Assembly (NCBI GenBank): GCA_965267575.1
Contig: OZ254086.1
Coordinates: 2,752,001 to 2,816,000, forward strand
DNA: 64,000 bases
Reading direction: 5' to 3'
From: Calditrichales bacterium
Lineage (GTDB): Bacteria; Calditrichota; Calditrichia; Calditrichales; J004
Shown here: piece after piece, positions 1 to 11,724 of the stretch
Position numbering within the stretch: the first letter of the stretch is position 1
Layout of the letters: each line of letters begins with the position of its first letter
The notes under the pieces: model-generated
Databases searched by the model: none
The model's input: only the letters and a program-made list of their open reading frames with translations
Told to the model about the DNA's origin: nothing
Translations under genes and position numbers: made by a program

Positions 1-2
1 AA

Positions 3-731
3 CTTGAAAAATGGCAGAACCGTCTGGCCACGGCAGAGCAGGGCATCGCTGATGAAGAAGCACGCATTGCAAGGCTTAAGCAAGAACTTGAAAGCCTGCA
101 AGGTGAAATCGATCAGACATGGGATGAAATTTATGCCATGTGTGATTCTGATAAAGCCGGCAACGAAGCGTTCGTTGGAGAATTGAACGGACTCTTGAAT
201 GATGTTCGTGCCTTCAACAACATGTCCGCTGAAGACATCTATGGAAGAATGGGAGAACTGGATGAGTTCCAGGCTCGTCTTGACGCCCTTAAGGAAAATA
301 AACTTTCTGTTTTGAGTGCAAATGAGCAGCTTATCAACCAGATTCAGGGTTTGATCAATCAGGCTCGTGAAAAAGGAAAATCGGTTGTTCCGCCGAGCTA
401 CACTGTAATGCGCGGTGACTATCTATGGAAAATCGCCGCCAAGCCTGATATTTACGGTGATGCTTATGCCTGGATGCGTATTTATTCCTCAAACTCCGAC
501 CAGATAAAGGATCCGAATCTGATTTATCCTGACCAGGTGTTCAGCATTCCGCGTACGGTTGGTCCTAATGAGTACCTGGTTAAGCGCGGCGAAAATCTTT
601 CGATGATTGCCGGATACAGCAATGTTTACGGAAGCGCCTTCCAGTGGAACAAACTGTATGAGGCCAATAAAACAATGATCTCTGATCCGAACATGATTTA
701 TCCGCATCAGGTGCTGAAGATAGCTCGTTAA
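3..731 (+). CDS. LysM peptidoglycan-binding protein (coiled-coil N-terminus plus two LysM domains), 5'-truncated by the window edge
   Basis: Frame is open from nt 3 (LEKWQNRLATAEQG...) into ORF 138..731; LysM motifs YTVMRGDYLWKIA...NLIYPDQVFSIP and YLVKRGENLSMIA...IYPHQVLKI. Confidence 0.85.
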   Translation, partial: LEKWQNRLATAEQGIADEEARIARLKQELESLQGEIDQTWDEIYAMCDSDKAGNEAFVGELNGLLNDVRAFNNMSAEDIYGRMGELDEFQARLDALKENKLSVLSANEQLINQIQGLINQAREKGKSVVPPSYTVMRGDYLWKIAAKPDIYGDAYAWMRIYSSNSDQIKDPNLIYPDQVFSIPRTVGPNEYLVKRGENLSMIAGYSNVYGSAFQWNKLYEANKTMISDPNMIYPHQVLKIAR

Positions 732-754
732 TGTAATTTTGTCTTGAATTTATT

Positions 755-784
755 GGAGCTCTCGCTTTGCGGGAGCTCCTTTTT
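755..784 (+). terminator. Intrinsic terminator-like hairpin after the LysM gene
   Basis: GGAGCTCTCGC-TTT-GCGGGAGCTCC followed by TTTTT. Confidence 0.7.
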
Positions 785-790
785 ATTTAT

Positions 791-1804
791 ATGGAAGAAC
801 TTCACGAAACAACATACCATCTAAGGTCTACGACCCCGCCTTTTCTTTTTTACGGTCCCAACGAAAAGAACATTGCACTGCTTGAAGAAAATTTTGATTT
901 ACGTATTATACCGCGCGGCAGCAGTATTAAGCTGATCGGTACCTCCTATGAAATCGAAATTTTTCAGCAGATACTCTCGGAACTGGAAAATATTATTGAC
1001 AGACAAAAAAGTCTTTCCGAGCAGGATGTTTTAACGGCAATAAGGATATATAAAAGCAACACGCCTTTGGAAGCGCCACCAGCCACGGTGTCGATCGATT
1101 GGGAATTGCCGGCAGGCGAAATCTTACAAACGTTTACAAAAAGCATTAAAGCCAAAAGCGAAGGCCAATTAGAGCTTGTAAAGGCTATCGCCGCAAATGA
1201 CCTTGTTTTTGCTATTGGTCCGGCAGGCACGGGAAAAACCTATCTTGCCGTGGCAATGGCCGTAAGCGCCTTAAAAGACGGGAAAGTGAAAAAGATCGTT
1301 CTGGCCAGACCGGCGGTAGAAGCAGGTGAGAGCCTTGGCTTTTTACCCGGAGACTTTAAGGAAAAGGTAGACCCTTATCTGAAGCCGCTTTATGACGCCC
1401 TTTCTGAGATGATCCCCCGTGAGGCGCTGCGCAAATACTTTGATTACGAAACGATCGAAGTGGTGCCGCTTGCCTTTATGCGCGGGCGCACGCTAAGCAA
1501 TGCTTTTGTAATTTTGGATGAAGCCCAGAACAGTACATTTGTGCAAATGAAGATGTTCTTAACCCGCCTCGGCTACAACTCCAAAGCAGTTGTTACCGGA
1601 GATGTTACACAAATCGACCTCGAACCCGGAAAACAATCGGGCCTGGCCAGCATTTACAATGTTTTGAAGGACATTAAGGGAATCCGCTTTATTTATACGT
1701 CTAATGCGGATGTTGTCCGGCATACGCTTGTAAAAGATATAATTGATGCCTATGACCGTTTTACCGGAAGCAGTAAAAACAAGCACAAAGATAAAGACGA
1801 ATAG
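791..1804 (+). CDS. phoH: PhoH family ATPase
   Basis: GPAGTGKT Walker A, RPAVEAGESLGFLPG, FMRGRTL, ILDEAQN, GDVTQIDL; ATG 791 chosen over TTG 767, which lies inside the terminator. Confidence 0.93.
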   Translation: MEELHETTYHLRSTTPPFLFYGPNEKNIALLEENFDLRIIPRGSSIKLIGTSYEIEIFQQILSELENIIDRQKSLSEQDVLTAIRIYKSNTPLEAPPATVSIDWELPAGEILQTFTKSIKAKSEGQLELVKAIAANDLVFAIGPAGTGKTYLAVAMAVSALKDGKVKKIVLARPAVEAGESLGFLPGDFKEKVDPYLKPLYDALSEMIPREALRKYFDYETIEVVPLAFMRGRTLSNAFVILDEAQNSTFVQMKMFLTRLGYNSKAVVTGDVTQIDLEPGKQSGLASIYNVLKDIKGIRFIYTSNADVVRHTLVKDIIDAYDRFTGSSKNKHKDKDE

Positions 1805-1839
1805 CTCTCTTCGAAGCTCACCACGAGCCCTCGTGTTGG

Positions 1840-1868
1840 TTGATAAATCCGAAAAAAATGTCTACATT
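1840..1868 (+). promoter_or_regulatory. Sigma70-type promoter of the thiolase-secA operon
   Basis: TTGATA-17 nt-TACATT. Confidence 0.55.
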
Positions 1869-1903
1869 TTAAATCTTGTCTTAAAAGACTTTAGAGGCTC
1901 AAA

Positions 1904-3088
1904 ATGAATACCAGAAACGTCGTTATTGTAGCTGCCAGGCGGACGGCAGTAGGCTCCTTTCAGGGAGCATTTAAAGATGTACCCGCTACCCGTTTGGGAA
2001 GTATTGTCATAAAAGACGTTATTGCCAAAGCCGGTATTGACCCGGGGCTTATTGACGAAGTAATTATGGGCAACGTTCTGCCTGCTAATGAAGGACAGGC
2101 ACCGGCACGCCAGGCCGCACTGGGTGCAGGCCTCCCAAAGAAAACACAGTGTCTTACGGTTAATAAGGTATGTGGCTCCGGGCTGAAATCCGTAATGCTA
2201 GCCGCGCAATCCATCGCGCTTGGCGATGCTGAGATAATTGTAGCCGGTGGTATGGAAAATATGACCCAGGTACCGTATTACCTGCCCAACGCCCGTGGTG
2301 GCATGAAAATGGGCCATCAGCAGGTTGTTGATGGGATGATTAAAGACGGTCTGTGGGACGTGTACAACGATTTCCACATGGGCAGCGCAGCTGAGCTTTG
2401 CGCGCGCACCAGCAATATTTCGCGCGAAGAGCAGGACGAGTATGCGCAGCTTTCTTTCAAGCGGGCGCAGGAAGCGCAGGAAAAAGGGTTGTTTAAAGAA
2501 GAGATAACGGCTGTTGAAATCGCACAGCGTAAAGGCGATCCAATCGTTGTTGACAACGATGAGGGGCCCGGCCGTGCCAATTTTGACAAAATGAAAAGTC
2601 TGCGTCCGGCCTTTGAAAAAGAGGGTACGGTTACCGCGGCCAACGCATCATCCATAAATGACGGTGCGGCTGCTTTGCTGCTGATGTCTGAAGAAAAGGC
2701 CAAAGACCTGGGGCTGAAGCCGCTGGTTCGCATCGTAAGCCAGGCGTCGGCTGCGCGGGCCCCGGAAGAATTTACAACGGCACCAAACGACGCAGTTCGT
2801 AAAGCGCTAAAAAAAGTTAATCTTACGGTTAATGATATTGACCTATTTGAGATAAATGAAGCTTTTGCTGTTGTGGCGCTTATAAACAACCGTCTGCTGG
2901 AAATACCCATTGATAAGGTGAACGTTAACGGAGGAGCTATTGCTCTTGGCCACCCGATCGGTGCCAGCGGCGCCCGGATCCTTGTAACGTTGCTGCATGC
3001 TATGAAGCAGCGCAACGCTCGTCGTGGCCTGGCTTCGATTTGTATTGGCGGCGGCGAAGCTTCAACGTTGATTGTTGAATCGGTTTAA
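1904..3088 (+). CDS. atoB: Acetyl-CoA C-acetyltransferase (thiolase)
   Basis: NKVCGSG catalytic Cys, NEAFA, GHPIGASG, CIGGG. Confidence 0.95.
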   Translation: MNTRNVVIVAARRTAVGSFQGAFKDVPATRLGSIVIKDVIAKAGIDPGLIDEVIMGNVLPANEGQAPARQAALGAGLPKKTQCLTVNKVCGSGLKSVMLAAQSIALGDAEIIVAGGMENMTQVPYYLPNARGGMKMGHQQVVDGMIKDGLWDVYNDFHMGSAAELCARTSNISREEQDEYAQLSFKRAQEAQEKGLFKEEITAVEIAQRKGDPIVVDNDEGPGRANFDKMKSLRPAFEKEGTVTAANASSINDGAAALLLMSEEKAKDLGLKPLVRIVSQASAARAPEEFTTAPNDAVRKALKKVNLTVNDIDLFEINEAFAVVALINNRLLEIPIDKVNVNGGAIALGHPIGASGARILVTLLHAMKQRNARRGLASICIGGGEASTLIVESV

Positions 3089-3097
3089 GGAATTACA

Positions 3098-3952
3098 ATG
3101 TCTAAAAAAGAAATTACTGTTGTTGGCAGCGGGACGATGGGTAACGGCATCGCCCATATTTTCGCACAAAGCGGATATGATGTGCATCTGATTGACATAA
3201 ATGACAATCTGCTTTCACGTGCCATGGATACAATCGAAAAAAATATGGCGCGACAGGTGAAGAAGGAAATCATTACAGAAGAAAGTATGCGCCAGGCGCT
3301 TTCACGGGTTCATCCGACGATGGATTACAACGTAGCCAAAGATTCCATTCTGGCGGTAGAAGCGGCAACGGAGAGGCAAAACGTTAAGGAAGATATTTTC
3401 CGCAGGCTTGACGATATCTGTAATGCTGATTGTATCCTCGCTTCAAATACTTCGTCGATTTCCATTACGGAAATGGCTGCTGTAACCGGTCGCCCGGAAA
3501 AATTTATCGGCATGCATTTTATGAATCCCGTACCGGTGATGAAGCTGGTGGAGATCATCCGCGGACTGGCGACGTCCGATGAAACTTTTCAGCGGGTTGA
3601 GGCATTGTCTAAGGAACTTGGAAAGGTGCCGGTTGAAGTGAACGATTATCCGGGCTTTATTTCCAATCGTATTTTGATGCCGATGATCAATGAAGCGGTC
3701 TATTGCCTGATGGAGGGTGTCGCCGGCAAAGAAGCGATCGACACTGTGATGAAGCTGGGTATGAATCATCCGATGGGCCCGCTGACACTGGCTGATTTTA
3801 TCGGGCTGGATGTGTGCCTGAGCATAATGAATGTATTATATGAGGGACTGGGCGATCCAAAATACAGAGCCTGTCCTTTGCTGAAAAAAATGGTTGCGGC
3901 CGGCTATCTGGGAAGAAAAACCGGGAAAGGTTTTTACGATTACGCGCAATGA
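3098..3952 (+). CDS. hbd: 3-hydroxybutyryl-CoA dehydrogenase
   Basis: GSGTMG Rossmann motif, SNTSS, GMHFMNP, NHPMGP. Confidence 0.93.
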   Translation: MSKKEITVVGSGTMGNGIAHIFAQSGYDVHLIDINDNLLSRAMDTIEKNMARQVKKEIITEESMRQALSRVHPTMDYNVAKDSILAVEAATERQNVKEDIFRRLDDICNADCILASNTSSISITEMAAVTGRPEKFIGMHFMNPVPVMKLVEIIRGLATSDETFQRVEALSKELGKVPVEVNDYPGFISNRILMPMINEAVYCLMEGVAGKEAIDTVMKLGMNHPMGPLTLADFIGLDVCLSIMNVLYEGLGDPKYRACPLLKKMVAAGYLGRKTGKGFYDYAQ

Positions 3953-4398
3953 TGAAACGTAGAAAAGAACGCGAGTTTGTCTTGCAACTGCTGTATGCCA
4001 GGGAGATGAACGACCTGCCTCTGAACGAGCATTTTGAAACGCAGAAACAGTACAATCCGCAGGCGGCAACGCCTTTTTCTTTCGCCCTGGCGGAAAAATG
4101 CCAAAATAATCGCGACGCACTTGATGATATGATCCAGAGCAAGCTGCAGCATTGGGAATTTGAGCGGCTGGCCATTTTGGACCGTATCCTTTTGCGTATG
4201 GCACTGGCGGAGTTTATCTATTTTGAAGACATCCCGCCGGAAGTTACCATGGACGAGATGATTGAAATAAGCAAATCCTATAGCACGGAACGCAGCAGCA
4301 AATTCATCAACGGTATGCTGGATGCTTTGCTGAAGCAGCTAAAACAGGAAAACAAAATCTTCAAAACCGGCCGCGGCCGCGTATCCAAAGTGCTCTAA
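3949..4398 (+). CDS. nusB: Transcription antitermination factor NusB
   Basis: [36 protein letters not shown]. Confidence 0.92.
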   Translation: MMKRRKEREFVLQLLYAREMNDLPLNEHFETQKQYNPQAATPFSFALAEKCQNNRDALDDMIQSKLQHWEFERLAILDRILLRMALAEFIYFEDIPPEVTMDEMIEISKSYSTERSSKFINGMLDALLKQLKQENKIFKTGRGRVSKVL

Positions 4399-4402
4399 AA
4401 AG

Positions 4403-5116
4403 ATGACCATTGCGGTAATTTCTGATATCCACGGCAACCTGGAAGCGCTGGAAACTTCCCTGAAGTATATCGACGATGAAAAGGTTGAAAAAATTTATTG
4501 CCTCGGTGATGTGGTCGGCTACGGACCCAATCCCAATGAATGCGTTGACCTGGTAAGAAAACGCTGCGAAATCACTTTGATGGGCAACCATGATTATGCC
4601 GCCATCGGTCTGGCCAACATTAACTATTTTAATGACTTTGCGCGTATTGCCACATTCTGGACGCAGGAGGTACTGAATGATGATAATATGCATTTTTTGA
4701 AAACATTGCCTTTTAGCTATGAAGAAGACGCTTTTTCACTCGTACATGCTTCGCCGGTAAACCCTTCTTACTGGAATTACATTTTGTCACATGCAGAGGC
4801 GCGCAAGAATTTTGGCGCTTTTGAAACGGCTGTGTGTTTTATCGGACATTCGCATGTGCCGGTACTGTTCAGCGAGGACGAGATGACCCGTGATCTGAAC
4901 CGGCAGTTTGACGGGGAAACCAAATATATTGTTAACGTGGGCAGCGTCGGTCAGCCGCGGGACGGGGATTCACGTTGTTCGTTTGTCCTGTATGATACGG
5001 ATTCGCGCAAGCTAAGGCATATCAGGCTTGAGTATGATATCCAGACTACTTATAAGAAAATTACCCGGGCGGGATTACCCGTATTTCTGGCCGAACGTCT
5101 GCTGAAAGGGTATTAA
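4403..5116 (+). CDS. Calcineurin-like metallophosphoesterase
   Basis: [33 protein letters not shown]. Confidence 0.9.
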   Translation: MTIAVISDIHGNLEALETSLKYIDDEKVEKIYCLGDVVGYGPNPNECVDLVRKRCEITLMGNHDYAAIGLANINYFNDFARIATFWTQEVLNDDNMHFLKTLPFSYEEDAFSLVHASPVNPSYWNYILSHAEARKNFGAFETAVCFIGHSHVPVLFSEDEMTRDLNRQFDGETKYIVNVGSVGQPRDGDSRCSFVLYDTDSRKLRHIRLEYDIQTTYKKITRAGLPVFLAERLLKGY

Positions 5117-5130
5117 AAGAGAGGCTTTTA

Positions 5131-8094
5131 ATGATAAACGTTTTTAAAAATATTTTTCCTTCGCGCAATGAAAGAGAGGTTAAGCGCCTTTATCAGACCG
5201 TTGACCTGGTCAATGCCGAATTGGAACAGCTAAAAGATCTGAGTGACGACGAGCTTAAAGCCAAGACCGAAGAATTTAAAGAACGGCTCAAAAATGGTGA
5301 AGAGACCGATGATATTATGGTTGAGGCATTTGCCGTAGTTAAAGACGCCTGCCGCCGCCTGATGGGCAAAAAATGGAAAGTGGTTGGCCGAGAAATTACC
5401 TGGGATATGATACCCTATGATGTTCAGGTAATTGGCGCTATCGCTTTGCACAAGGGTAAAATCGCGGAGATGGCCACGGGTGAAGGTAAAACGCTGGTGG
5501 CTGTAATGCCGCTTTATCTGAATGCGCTAAGCGGAAAAGGCGCACACCTTGTAACCGTTAACGATTACCTTGCCCAGCGTGACTCGGAATGGATGGGCGA
5601 AGTCCTGAGCTTTCTGGGGCTTACCGTTGGCGTAATCCTTAATGATATGACGCCCGAGCAGCGTCGTGAAGCCTATAATTGCGATGTGACATACGGGACC
5701 AACAACGAATTTGGTTTTGATTATTTGCGTGACAATATGGCTTCCACGCGCGAGCACATTGTGCAGGTACGCGGGCACCATTACGCAATTGTGGATGAGG
5801 TGGACAGCGTGCTTATTGACGAGGCGCGGACTCCTCTGATTATTTCAGGTCCGGTGAGTGATTCTTCCCAGGATTCGTTTAAGGAAATGAAGCCGCATGT
5901 GGATCGTCTTGTGGGCGCGCAGAACCGGTATATAAACAGCATCATCCGCGAGGCAGAGGACCTGCTGAGAAATGAAAAAATGGGTGAGGCCGGACAAAAG
6001 CTATTACTGGCACAAAAGGGAGCTCCCAAAAACAAGCGCCTGATGAAGCTTTTCCAGGATGCCAGCCTGAAGAAACTGGCCCAGGAAGCTGAAAATAATT
6101 ACCTGCGTGACAAGGGCCAGACAAAGGCATCGGACGAGCATTATTTCGGCGATCTGTTTTATATCGTTGATGAGAAAAGCCATACAATTGACCTGACTGA
6201 AAAAGGGCGCATGGAACTTAATCCCAATGACCCGGAGATGTTCCTTATTCCGGATTTGGGTGAAGAGATTGCCTCTATCGAGAATGATGAAAACCTCAGT
6301 GATAAAGAAAAACTGATCAAAAAAGAAGAGCTGCACCGGATTATCAACGAGCGTGGCGAAAAGCTGCAGAACGTCGGGCAGCTTTTGCGTGCTTATTCCC
6401 TGTATGAAAAAGACCAGGAGTACGTAGTCCAGGAAGGCAAAGTCCTTATTGTGGATGAATTTACGGGACGTATTCTCGCCGGCAGGCGTTACAGCGACGG
6501 CCTGCACCAGGCAATCGAGGCCAAAGAGAATGTAAAGATTGAAGGGCAGACGCAAACCCTGGCGACGGTTACGCTGCAGAATTATTTTCGCATGTACGAC
6601 AAGCTGGCCGGTATGACCGGTACGGCCGAAACGGAAGCCGCTGAATTCTGGGAAATCTACAAGCTGGATGTTCTGGTAATTCCCACAAACAAGCCCATCG
6701 CGCGGGATGACCGCGAGGACCTGCTTTACCGGACCACGCGTGAAAAATACAATGCCATCATAGAAGAAATTGAGAGGGCCAATAAGAAAGGCCAGCCGGT
6801 TTTGGTGGGTACCATCACGGTGGATGTCTCCGAAACACTTAGCCGGATGCTTAAGCGTCGCGGCATCAGGCACAATGTACTTAACGCCAAGCAGCACGCC
6901 CGCGAAGCGGAGGTGGTGGCCCAGGCCGGTGAGCGTGGCGCTGTTACAATCGCTACAAACATGGCCGGACGCGGTACGGATATTAAGCTTGGGGATGGTG
7001 TGCGCGAGGCAGGTGGTCTTTACGTAATGGGTACGGAACGCCATGAATCACGGCGAATTGACCGGCAGCTGCGCGGTCGTAGCGGCCGCCAGGGCGATCC
7101 CGGTAAGAGTATGTTTTTCCTTTCCCTGGAAGATGACCTGATGCGCCTGTTCGGCAGTGACCGTATCTCCAATGTGATGACCCGCATGGGTGCTGAAGAG
7201 GGTGAGGTGATCACACACAAAATGATCACACGCAGCATTGAAAACGCGCAGAAAAAGGTGGAAGGACGCAACTTCTCTATCCGTAAACGCCTGCTGGAGT
7301 ATGACAACGTAATGAACCAGCAGCGTACCGTAATTTATGATCGACGTCGTGCCGCGCTTTACGAAGAAGACTCTTACGCTGTGCTGATGGAACTGCTGGA
7401 CGAGTGGCTGAATACTATCGTGCCTGTTTACGCGCCGGATAAAGCGCACTTTGAAGATTGGGATATGGATGGATTACAGCACGCCATCGAGCAGGTGGTT
7501 TATCTGGACTTTAACGCCATCCGCGATAAAGCACCCAGCCTGACAAGTGAAGGCCTGCAGGAGATTATCCGCGAGGCCATCGTGAGTATTTACGCGTTGA
7601 AGGAAGAGCGTATCGGCCGCGAGCGCCTTAGTGTCCTTGAGAGATATTTTATTTTGCGCGTAATTGATGATGAGTGGAAAGACCACCTGTACCAGATGGA
7701 TATGCTTAAAGAGGGTATTCACCTGCGCGCATACGGTCAGAAGGATCCGCTGATTGAGTACAAGCGTGAGGCCTTTGGATTATTTGAATCACTGATACAT
7801 CGTATTAACGAAAACACCCTTAACTGGCTGATAAGCCGCATGCAGGTGCAACAGCAGCCCGAGCCGGTAAATCGTGCTGAGAGACGCATGCAGCAGCAGG
7901 TAAAAATGGTGCATGAATCGGCCACAAACATGGGCTTCAGCGCCGATGCCGGGCCGCAATCCGATATCCAGAAGGCGGGCGAGCAGCGCGGAAAGCAGCA
8001 GCCTGTTCGCGTTGAAAACAAGGTCGGCCCGAATGATCCATGCCCCTGTGGCAGCGGCAAAAAGTATAAAAAATGTCATGGGGCCGTTGTTTAA
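5131..8094 (+). CDS. secA: Preprotein translocase subunit SecA
   Basis: [37 protein letters not shown]-terminal [17 protein letters not shown]. Confidence 0.98.
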   Translation: MINVFKNIFPSRNEREVKRLYQTVDLVNAELEQLKDLSDDELKAKTEEFKERLKNGEETDDIMVEAFAVVKDACRRLMGKKWKVVGREITWDMIPYDVQVIGAIALHKGKIAEMATGEGKTLVAVMPLYLNALSGKGAHLVTVNDYLAQRDSEWMGEVLSFLGLTVGVILNDMTPEQRREAYNCDVTYGTNNEFGFDYLRDNMASTREHIVQVRGHHYAIVDEVDSVLIDEARTPLIISGPVSDSSQDSFKEMKPHVDRLVGAQNRYINSIIREAEDLLRNEKMGEAGQKLLLAQKGAPKNKRLMKLFQDASLKKLAQEAENNYLRDKGQTKASDEHYFGDLFYIVDEKSHTIDLTEKGRMELNPNDPEMFLIPDLGEEIASIENDENLSDKEKLIKKEELHRIINERGEKLQNVGQLLRAYSLYEKDQEYVVQEGKVLIVDEFTGRILAGRRYSDGLHQAIEAKENVKIEGQTQTLATVTLQNYFRMYDKLAGMTGTAETEAAEFWEIYKLDVLVIPTNKPIARDDREDLLYRTTREKYNAIIEEIERANKKGQPVLVGTITVDVSETLSRMLKRRGIRHNVLNAKQHAREAEVVAQAGERGAVTIATNMAGRGTDIKLGDGVREAGGLYVMGTERHESRRIDRQLRGRSGRQGDPGKSMFFLSLEDDLMRLFGSDRISNVMTRMGAEEGEVITHKMITRSIENAQKKVEGRNFSIRKRLLEYDNVMNQQRTVIYDRRRAALYEEDSYAVLMELLDEWLNTIVPVYAPDKAHFEDWDMDGLQHAIEQVVYLDFNAIRDKAPSLTSEGLQEIIREAIVSIYALKEERIGRERLSVLERYFILRVIDDEWKDHLYQMDMLKEGIHLRAYGQKDPLIEYKREAFGLFESLIHRINENTLNWLISRMQVQQQPEPVNRAERRMQQQVKMVHESATNMGFSADAGPQSDIQKAGEQRGKQQPVRVENKVGPNDPCPCGSGKKYKKCHGAVV

Positions 8095-8867
8095 TGCCCC
8101 TTTCGCTGGAATATCAAAAAATAGGCCGTGGTCCCGCTGTAATCGTGCTCCACGGCCTTTTTGGTATGTCCGATAACTGGCTCAGCGTCGCCAAGACCCT
8201 GCAGGAGAAGTTTACGTTTTACCTGCTGGATCAGCGCAATCACGGACGCTCTCCCCACGCCGATACACATTCCTATAAAGACATGTCCGGAGATGTGCAG
8301 CATTTTATCGATCAGCACAAGCTGAAGGCGCCGCACATTCTTGGCCACTCGATGGGCGGTAAAACGGCCATGCGTTTCGCGCTGGATCATCCCTCGGAGC
8401 CGGACAAGCTGGTGGTTGTGGACATTGCGCCGCGGGCATATAAAAAAGGCTTTTTCGACGAATACATTTCTGCCATGCAAAATCTTGATCTGGCATCCAT
8501 GGAATCGCGCGGGGAAATTGAGCAGGCTCTCTCCGCAGAAATCGATATGGCGCCGGCCACGCGTAAGTTTCTGCTAAAAAATGTTTACAGAGATGATGAC
8601 GACCGTTTCCGCTGGCGGCTTAACCTGGATGTACTGTGCGACAACTTAGCCAATATGATGCAGGCGACCGAATCGGAGACAAATTTTGAGGGCGAAGCTC
8701 TATTTATCGGTGGCGGGTCAGGATATATCGCTGAAGACGATATGGGAGATGTGCGCAGGCTGTTTCCCCGGGCGCAATTCCGCGAAATTTCCGGTGCCGG
8801 CCATTGGGTCCATGCCACAAAGCAAGACGAGTTTTGCCGGTTGCTGTCAGATTTTTTAAGCCAATAA
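8094..8867 (+). CDS. Alpha/beta hydrolase (YbfF-like esterase)
   Basis: HGLFG, RNHGRS, GHSMGG, GHWVH; TAATG overlap with the secA stop. Confidence 0.88.
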   Translation: MPLSLEYQKIGRGPAVIVLHGLFGMSDNWLSVAKTLQEKFTFYLLDQRNHGRSPHADTHSYKDMSGDVQHFIDQHKLKAPHILGHSMGGKTAMRFALDHPSEPDKLVVVDIAPRAYKKGFFDEYISAMQNLDLASMESRGEIEQALSAEIDMAPATRKFLLKNVYRDDDDRFRWRLNLDVLCDNLANMMQATESETNFEGEALFIGGGSGYIAEDDMGDVRRLFPRAQFREISGAGHWVHATKQDEFCRLLSDFLSQ

Positions 8868-9037
8868 TCTTCTTTCCACTGCCAAATATTTCACAAAATC
8901 AGCTTCCATAAATTGCTGCTGTTTGTGTTGTGACTTTTAACACGCAGCTATTCCACGCAATTAATAGTTTTACCCACGACAAACTACGACCAACGATTTT
9001 GACTTAACTCGAAAAAACTAACGCGGAGGCCGCAATT

Positions 9038-11644
9038 ATGAGAATAGCGTTACGCACGGCTATATATATTTTTCTACCCTTTGTTACATTTTTGAATGCA
9101 CAACAGTTCGCTTCCCCAAATACAACGGACTTTGGACGATACGTTACAGTTGGTACCTGCTGGGGGGATTTTAACAATGACGGATATATTGATGTTTATA
9201 TGTCCAATGGCGAGCAGGGTTTTCAGTGGGAAAATTTTCTATATAAAAATAATGGGGATGGCACATTTGACTCTTTGGCATCTGCCGGTACTGTAACCAG
9301 CCACAGTTATACCCACGCGGGGGCTTCCTGGGGAGATTACAATAATGACGGTTGGCTGGACATGGTAAATGCTAATGCTTTTACACGCAATGTTGGAGGT
9401 TTTAGCGGCAACAGATCGGAGACAAAGCTTTATGTCAATGATCAGGACGAGACGTTTACGGAAGTTACATCACTTGGTTCGTTTGGTGCTGAGGCGACCG
9501 TTTCAAAGATAGCAGCGGTATGGGCGGATTTCGATAATGATGGCTTTCTGGACGTCTTGGAAAGTAACTCTACTTTTTTAGGTACGGGTAGTGCTTTTAC
9601 GGCATTTACGAATGACGCTACAGGTACAAATCCGACGTTTTCGTCCGAGTCGAACAATATAACCAGCCAGGGTACATCAGCGCGAGCCGGTCTGGTTTGG
9701 TGTGATTTTGATGAAGATGGCGATATGGATGTGGTAACACTTTCAGGTGCTGTGGCTCAGCATACGATTTTGTGGACCAATAATGGCACTAACTTTGACA
9801 GTACCCGAATTCTCGTCGGTGGTGGCAGTACCGGACCAAATTCGCAGTCAGCAACCTGGCTGGATTATGATAATGATGGTGATTTGGATATATACATTGG
9901 CTTAGGAGCCAATGACGATAGCAGTCCGCAAGCAAACCGGCTATTTCGTAATGATAACGGCACTTTAGTAGAAATAGTATCGGGTGTTGGACCCATTATT
10001 ACGGATACTGACTTGACTCTTGTTACGGTTGCTTTTGATTATGACAATGACGGTGATGTTGACATCTTTATGGGAACGGACGGTGGTACAGGAACAGTGC
10101 CGCCATATAATAATCGTTTATACGAAAACAACGGCAGTGGCGTATTTACGGAAAACACATCTACTCCGTTGGATGATGAAGGATTTGCCCGTAGCGGCGC
10201 CGTAGCTGATTACGATAATGACGGCGACTTGGATTTTATGCTTGGTCGCGAAGGTCCTAACTGGTTCTACAAGAACAATGAGATGGAAAACGATGGTACA
10301 AGGGGCTGGGCCGGTGTCTTGTGCCAGGGAAATGGTACTACTATAAATACAACCGCAATCGGTTCTTTGGTTAAGCTAAATGCAAGTCTCAATTCCTCAA
10401 ACTATACTCAAATTCGCGATGTGTCTGCTCAGACGGGTCGCGGATCGCATCATAGTTTTCGCCAGCATTTTGGATTAAGCGATGCAACTAAAATAGACCA
10501 ACTCGATGTATTCTGGTCTACCGTTAATACAACAACTTCATACACGGACCTGCCAATCAATAAAAACTATGTTTATGCTTATGGTGATTTAACCGCTACA
10601 GCCTCCACAAAAACAATAGACGGTTTTGTTTACCTTTTCGGTAATACGGGTGCAGGGGTTGAGCTTGAATCCCATGGTGATGCCACGGTGGAAACCATTA
10701 CGGCCACCAGAACCAATTCCGATCCCGGTGGCACGTTTAGTGGCTCCGCCACAGCACCGGACGCTTCTACCGTATCGCCAAACATTGTTGCCAGTGAGCG
10801 TTACTGGACAATCACAACCAGCTTGACCACCTTTACGGCGGAAGTGTATTTGGATATCACGGGTATTGCCGGTATCTCTAATCCTGATAAGTTGGTTATT
10901 ATGTCCCGGCCTAACTCCGGCAGCGCCTGGACGCCACACAATACCCTGCGTATAGGCAATACGCTTTATACCAACGCCAATTTGACGTCTTTTTCGGAGT
11001 TTGGTATCGGCGCCAATTCGAGCGATAACAGCCTGCCGGTGGAGCTTACCGCCTTTGCCGCCAACGCCGGTGATGGCATGGTTGAACTGAACTGGGCCAC
11101 ATCTTCCGAGCTGGAAAACGTTGGTTTTATTATTGAACGTGCCATGGGTGAAAACGGTGTTTACGAAGAAATCGCATCCTATAAAACGGACGACGCGCTC
11201 AAAGGTCAGGGCAACAGCAGCGTGGCCAAAGAATATGCCTACACAGATTACAGCGCGATGAATGGCCAGGTTTATCACTACAGGCTGTCTGACGTAAGCA
11301 CAAACGGTTTGCGCACGTATCATGGTACGGTTGAAGCGCGGCCGGTGCAGCTAATTTCCAGTTTTGCGCTGCATCAGAATTATCCCAATCCCTTTAACCC
11401 GTCCACAACAATAGAAGTAGATGTTCCTTCTTCGGAGACACGCGTTAAGGCCACAATCAGCGTTTACAATGCAGCCGGACAAAAAGTAGCTGACTTGTTT
11501 GCCGGCGAACTGCAAAGCGGCAACCACAGATTTTCCTGGAACGGCAAAAACACTTACGGCAAGGAATTGGGCAGCGGCATTTATTTTATTCGTCTCGCGG
11601 CAGGCAGCTTCAGCGCCAGTCGCAAGATGGTATTGATCCGCTAA
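9038..11644 (+). CDS. Secreted FG-GAP/CRTAC1-like beta-propeller protein with ASPIC/UnbV domain and C-terminal T9SS/FlgD-Ig-type sorting domain
   Basis: Signal peptide; repeated WGDxNNDGxxD motifs; QHFGL UnbV motif; LPVELTAF; QNYPNPFNPST...SGIYF...KMVLIR. Confidence 0.85.
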   Translation: MRIALRTAIYIFLPFVTFLNAQQFASPNTTDFGRYVTVGTCWGDFNNDGYIDVYMSNGEQGFQWENFLYKNNGDGTFDSLASAGTVTSHSYTHAGASWGDYNNDGWLDMVNANAFTRNVGGFSGNRSETKLYVNDQDETFTEVTSLGSFGAEATVSKIAAVWADFDNDGFLDVLESNSTFLGTGSAFTAFTNDATGTNPTFSSESNNITSQGTSARAGLVWCDFDEDGDMDVVTLSGAVAQHTILWTNNGTNFDSTRILVGGGSTGPNSQSATWLDYDNDGDLDIYIGLGANDDSSPQANRLFRNDNGTLVEIVSGVGPIITDTDLTLVTVAFDYDNDGDVDIFMGTDGGTGTVPPYNNRLYENNGSGVFTENTSTPLDDEGFARSGAVADYDNDGDLDFMLGREGPNWFYKNNEMENDGTRGWAGVLCQGNGTTINTTAIGSLVKLNASLNSSNYTQIRDVSAQTGRGSHHSFRQHFGLSDATKIDQLDVFWSTVNTTTSYTDLPINKNYVYAYGDLTATASTKTIDGFVYLFGNTGAGVELESHGDATVETITATRTNSDPGGTFSGSATAPDASTVSPNIVASERYWTITTSLTTFTAEVYLDITGIAGISNPDKLVIMSRPNSGSAWTPHNTLRIGNTLYTNANLTSFSEFGIGANSSDNSLPVELTAFAANAGDGMVELNWATSSELENVGFIIERAMGENGVYEEIASYKTDDALKGQGNSSVAKEYAYTDYSAMNGQVYHYRLSDVSTNGLRTYHGTVEARPVQLISSFALHQNYPNPFNPSTTIEVDVPSSETRVKATISVYNAAGQKVADLFAGELQSGNHRFSWNGKNTYGKELGSGIYFIRLAAGSFSASRKMVLIR

Positions 11645-11667
11645 AGCAAGAATAGGACTGCTATATA

Positions 11668-11698
11668 AAAAAAGCCCGCTAAATTAGCGGGCTTTTTT
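11668..11698. terminator. Bidirectional intrinsic terminator
   Basis: AAAAAAGCCCGCTA-AAT-TAGCGGGCTTTTTT between convergent genes. Confidence 0.85.
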
Positions 11699-11724
11699 GT
11701 CTGATGTGTTTTTGAAACAGATAA

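Noticed and set aside
2317..3015. Long antisense ORFs over thiolase, pdxS, nhaA, sucrose synthase and others
   Set aside because: They overlap well-supported genes and give implausible proteins
6004..7044. 346-aa minus-strand ORF inside secA
   Set aside because: Antisense shadow of a conserved gene; no recognisable motifs
8868..9037. Possible riboswitch upstream of the FG-GAP gene (weak GCTG/TGTGTT...AACACG/CAGC stem, ACGAC repeats)
   Set aside because: No known aptamer consensus or expression platform; the pairing is weak
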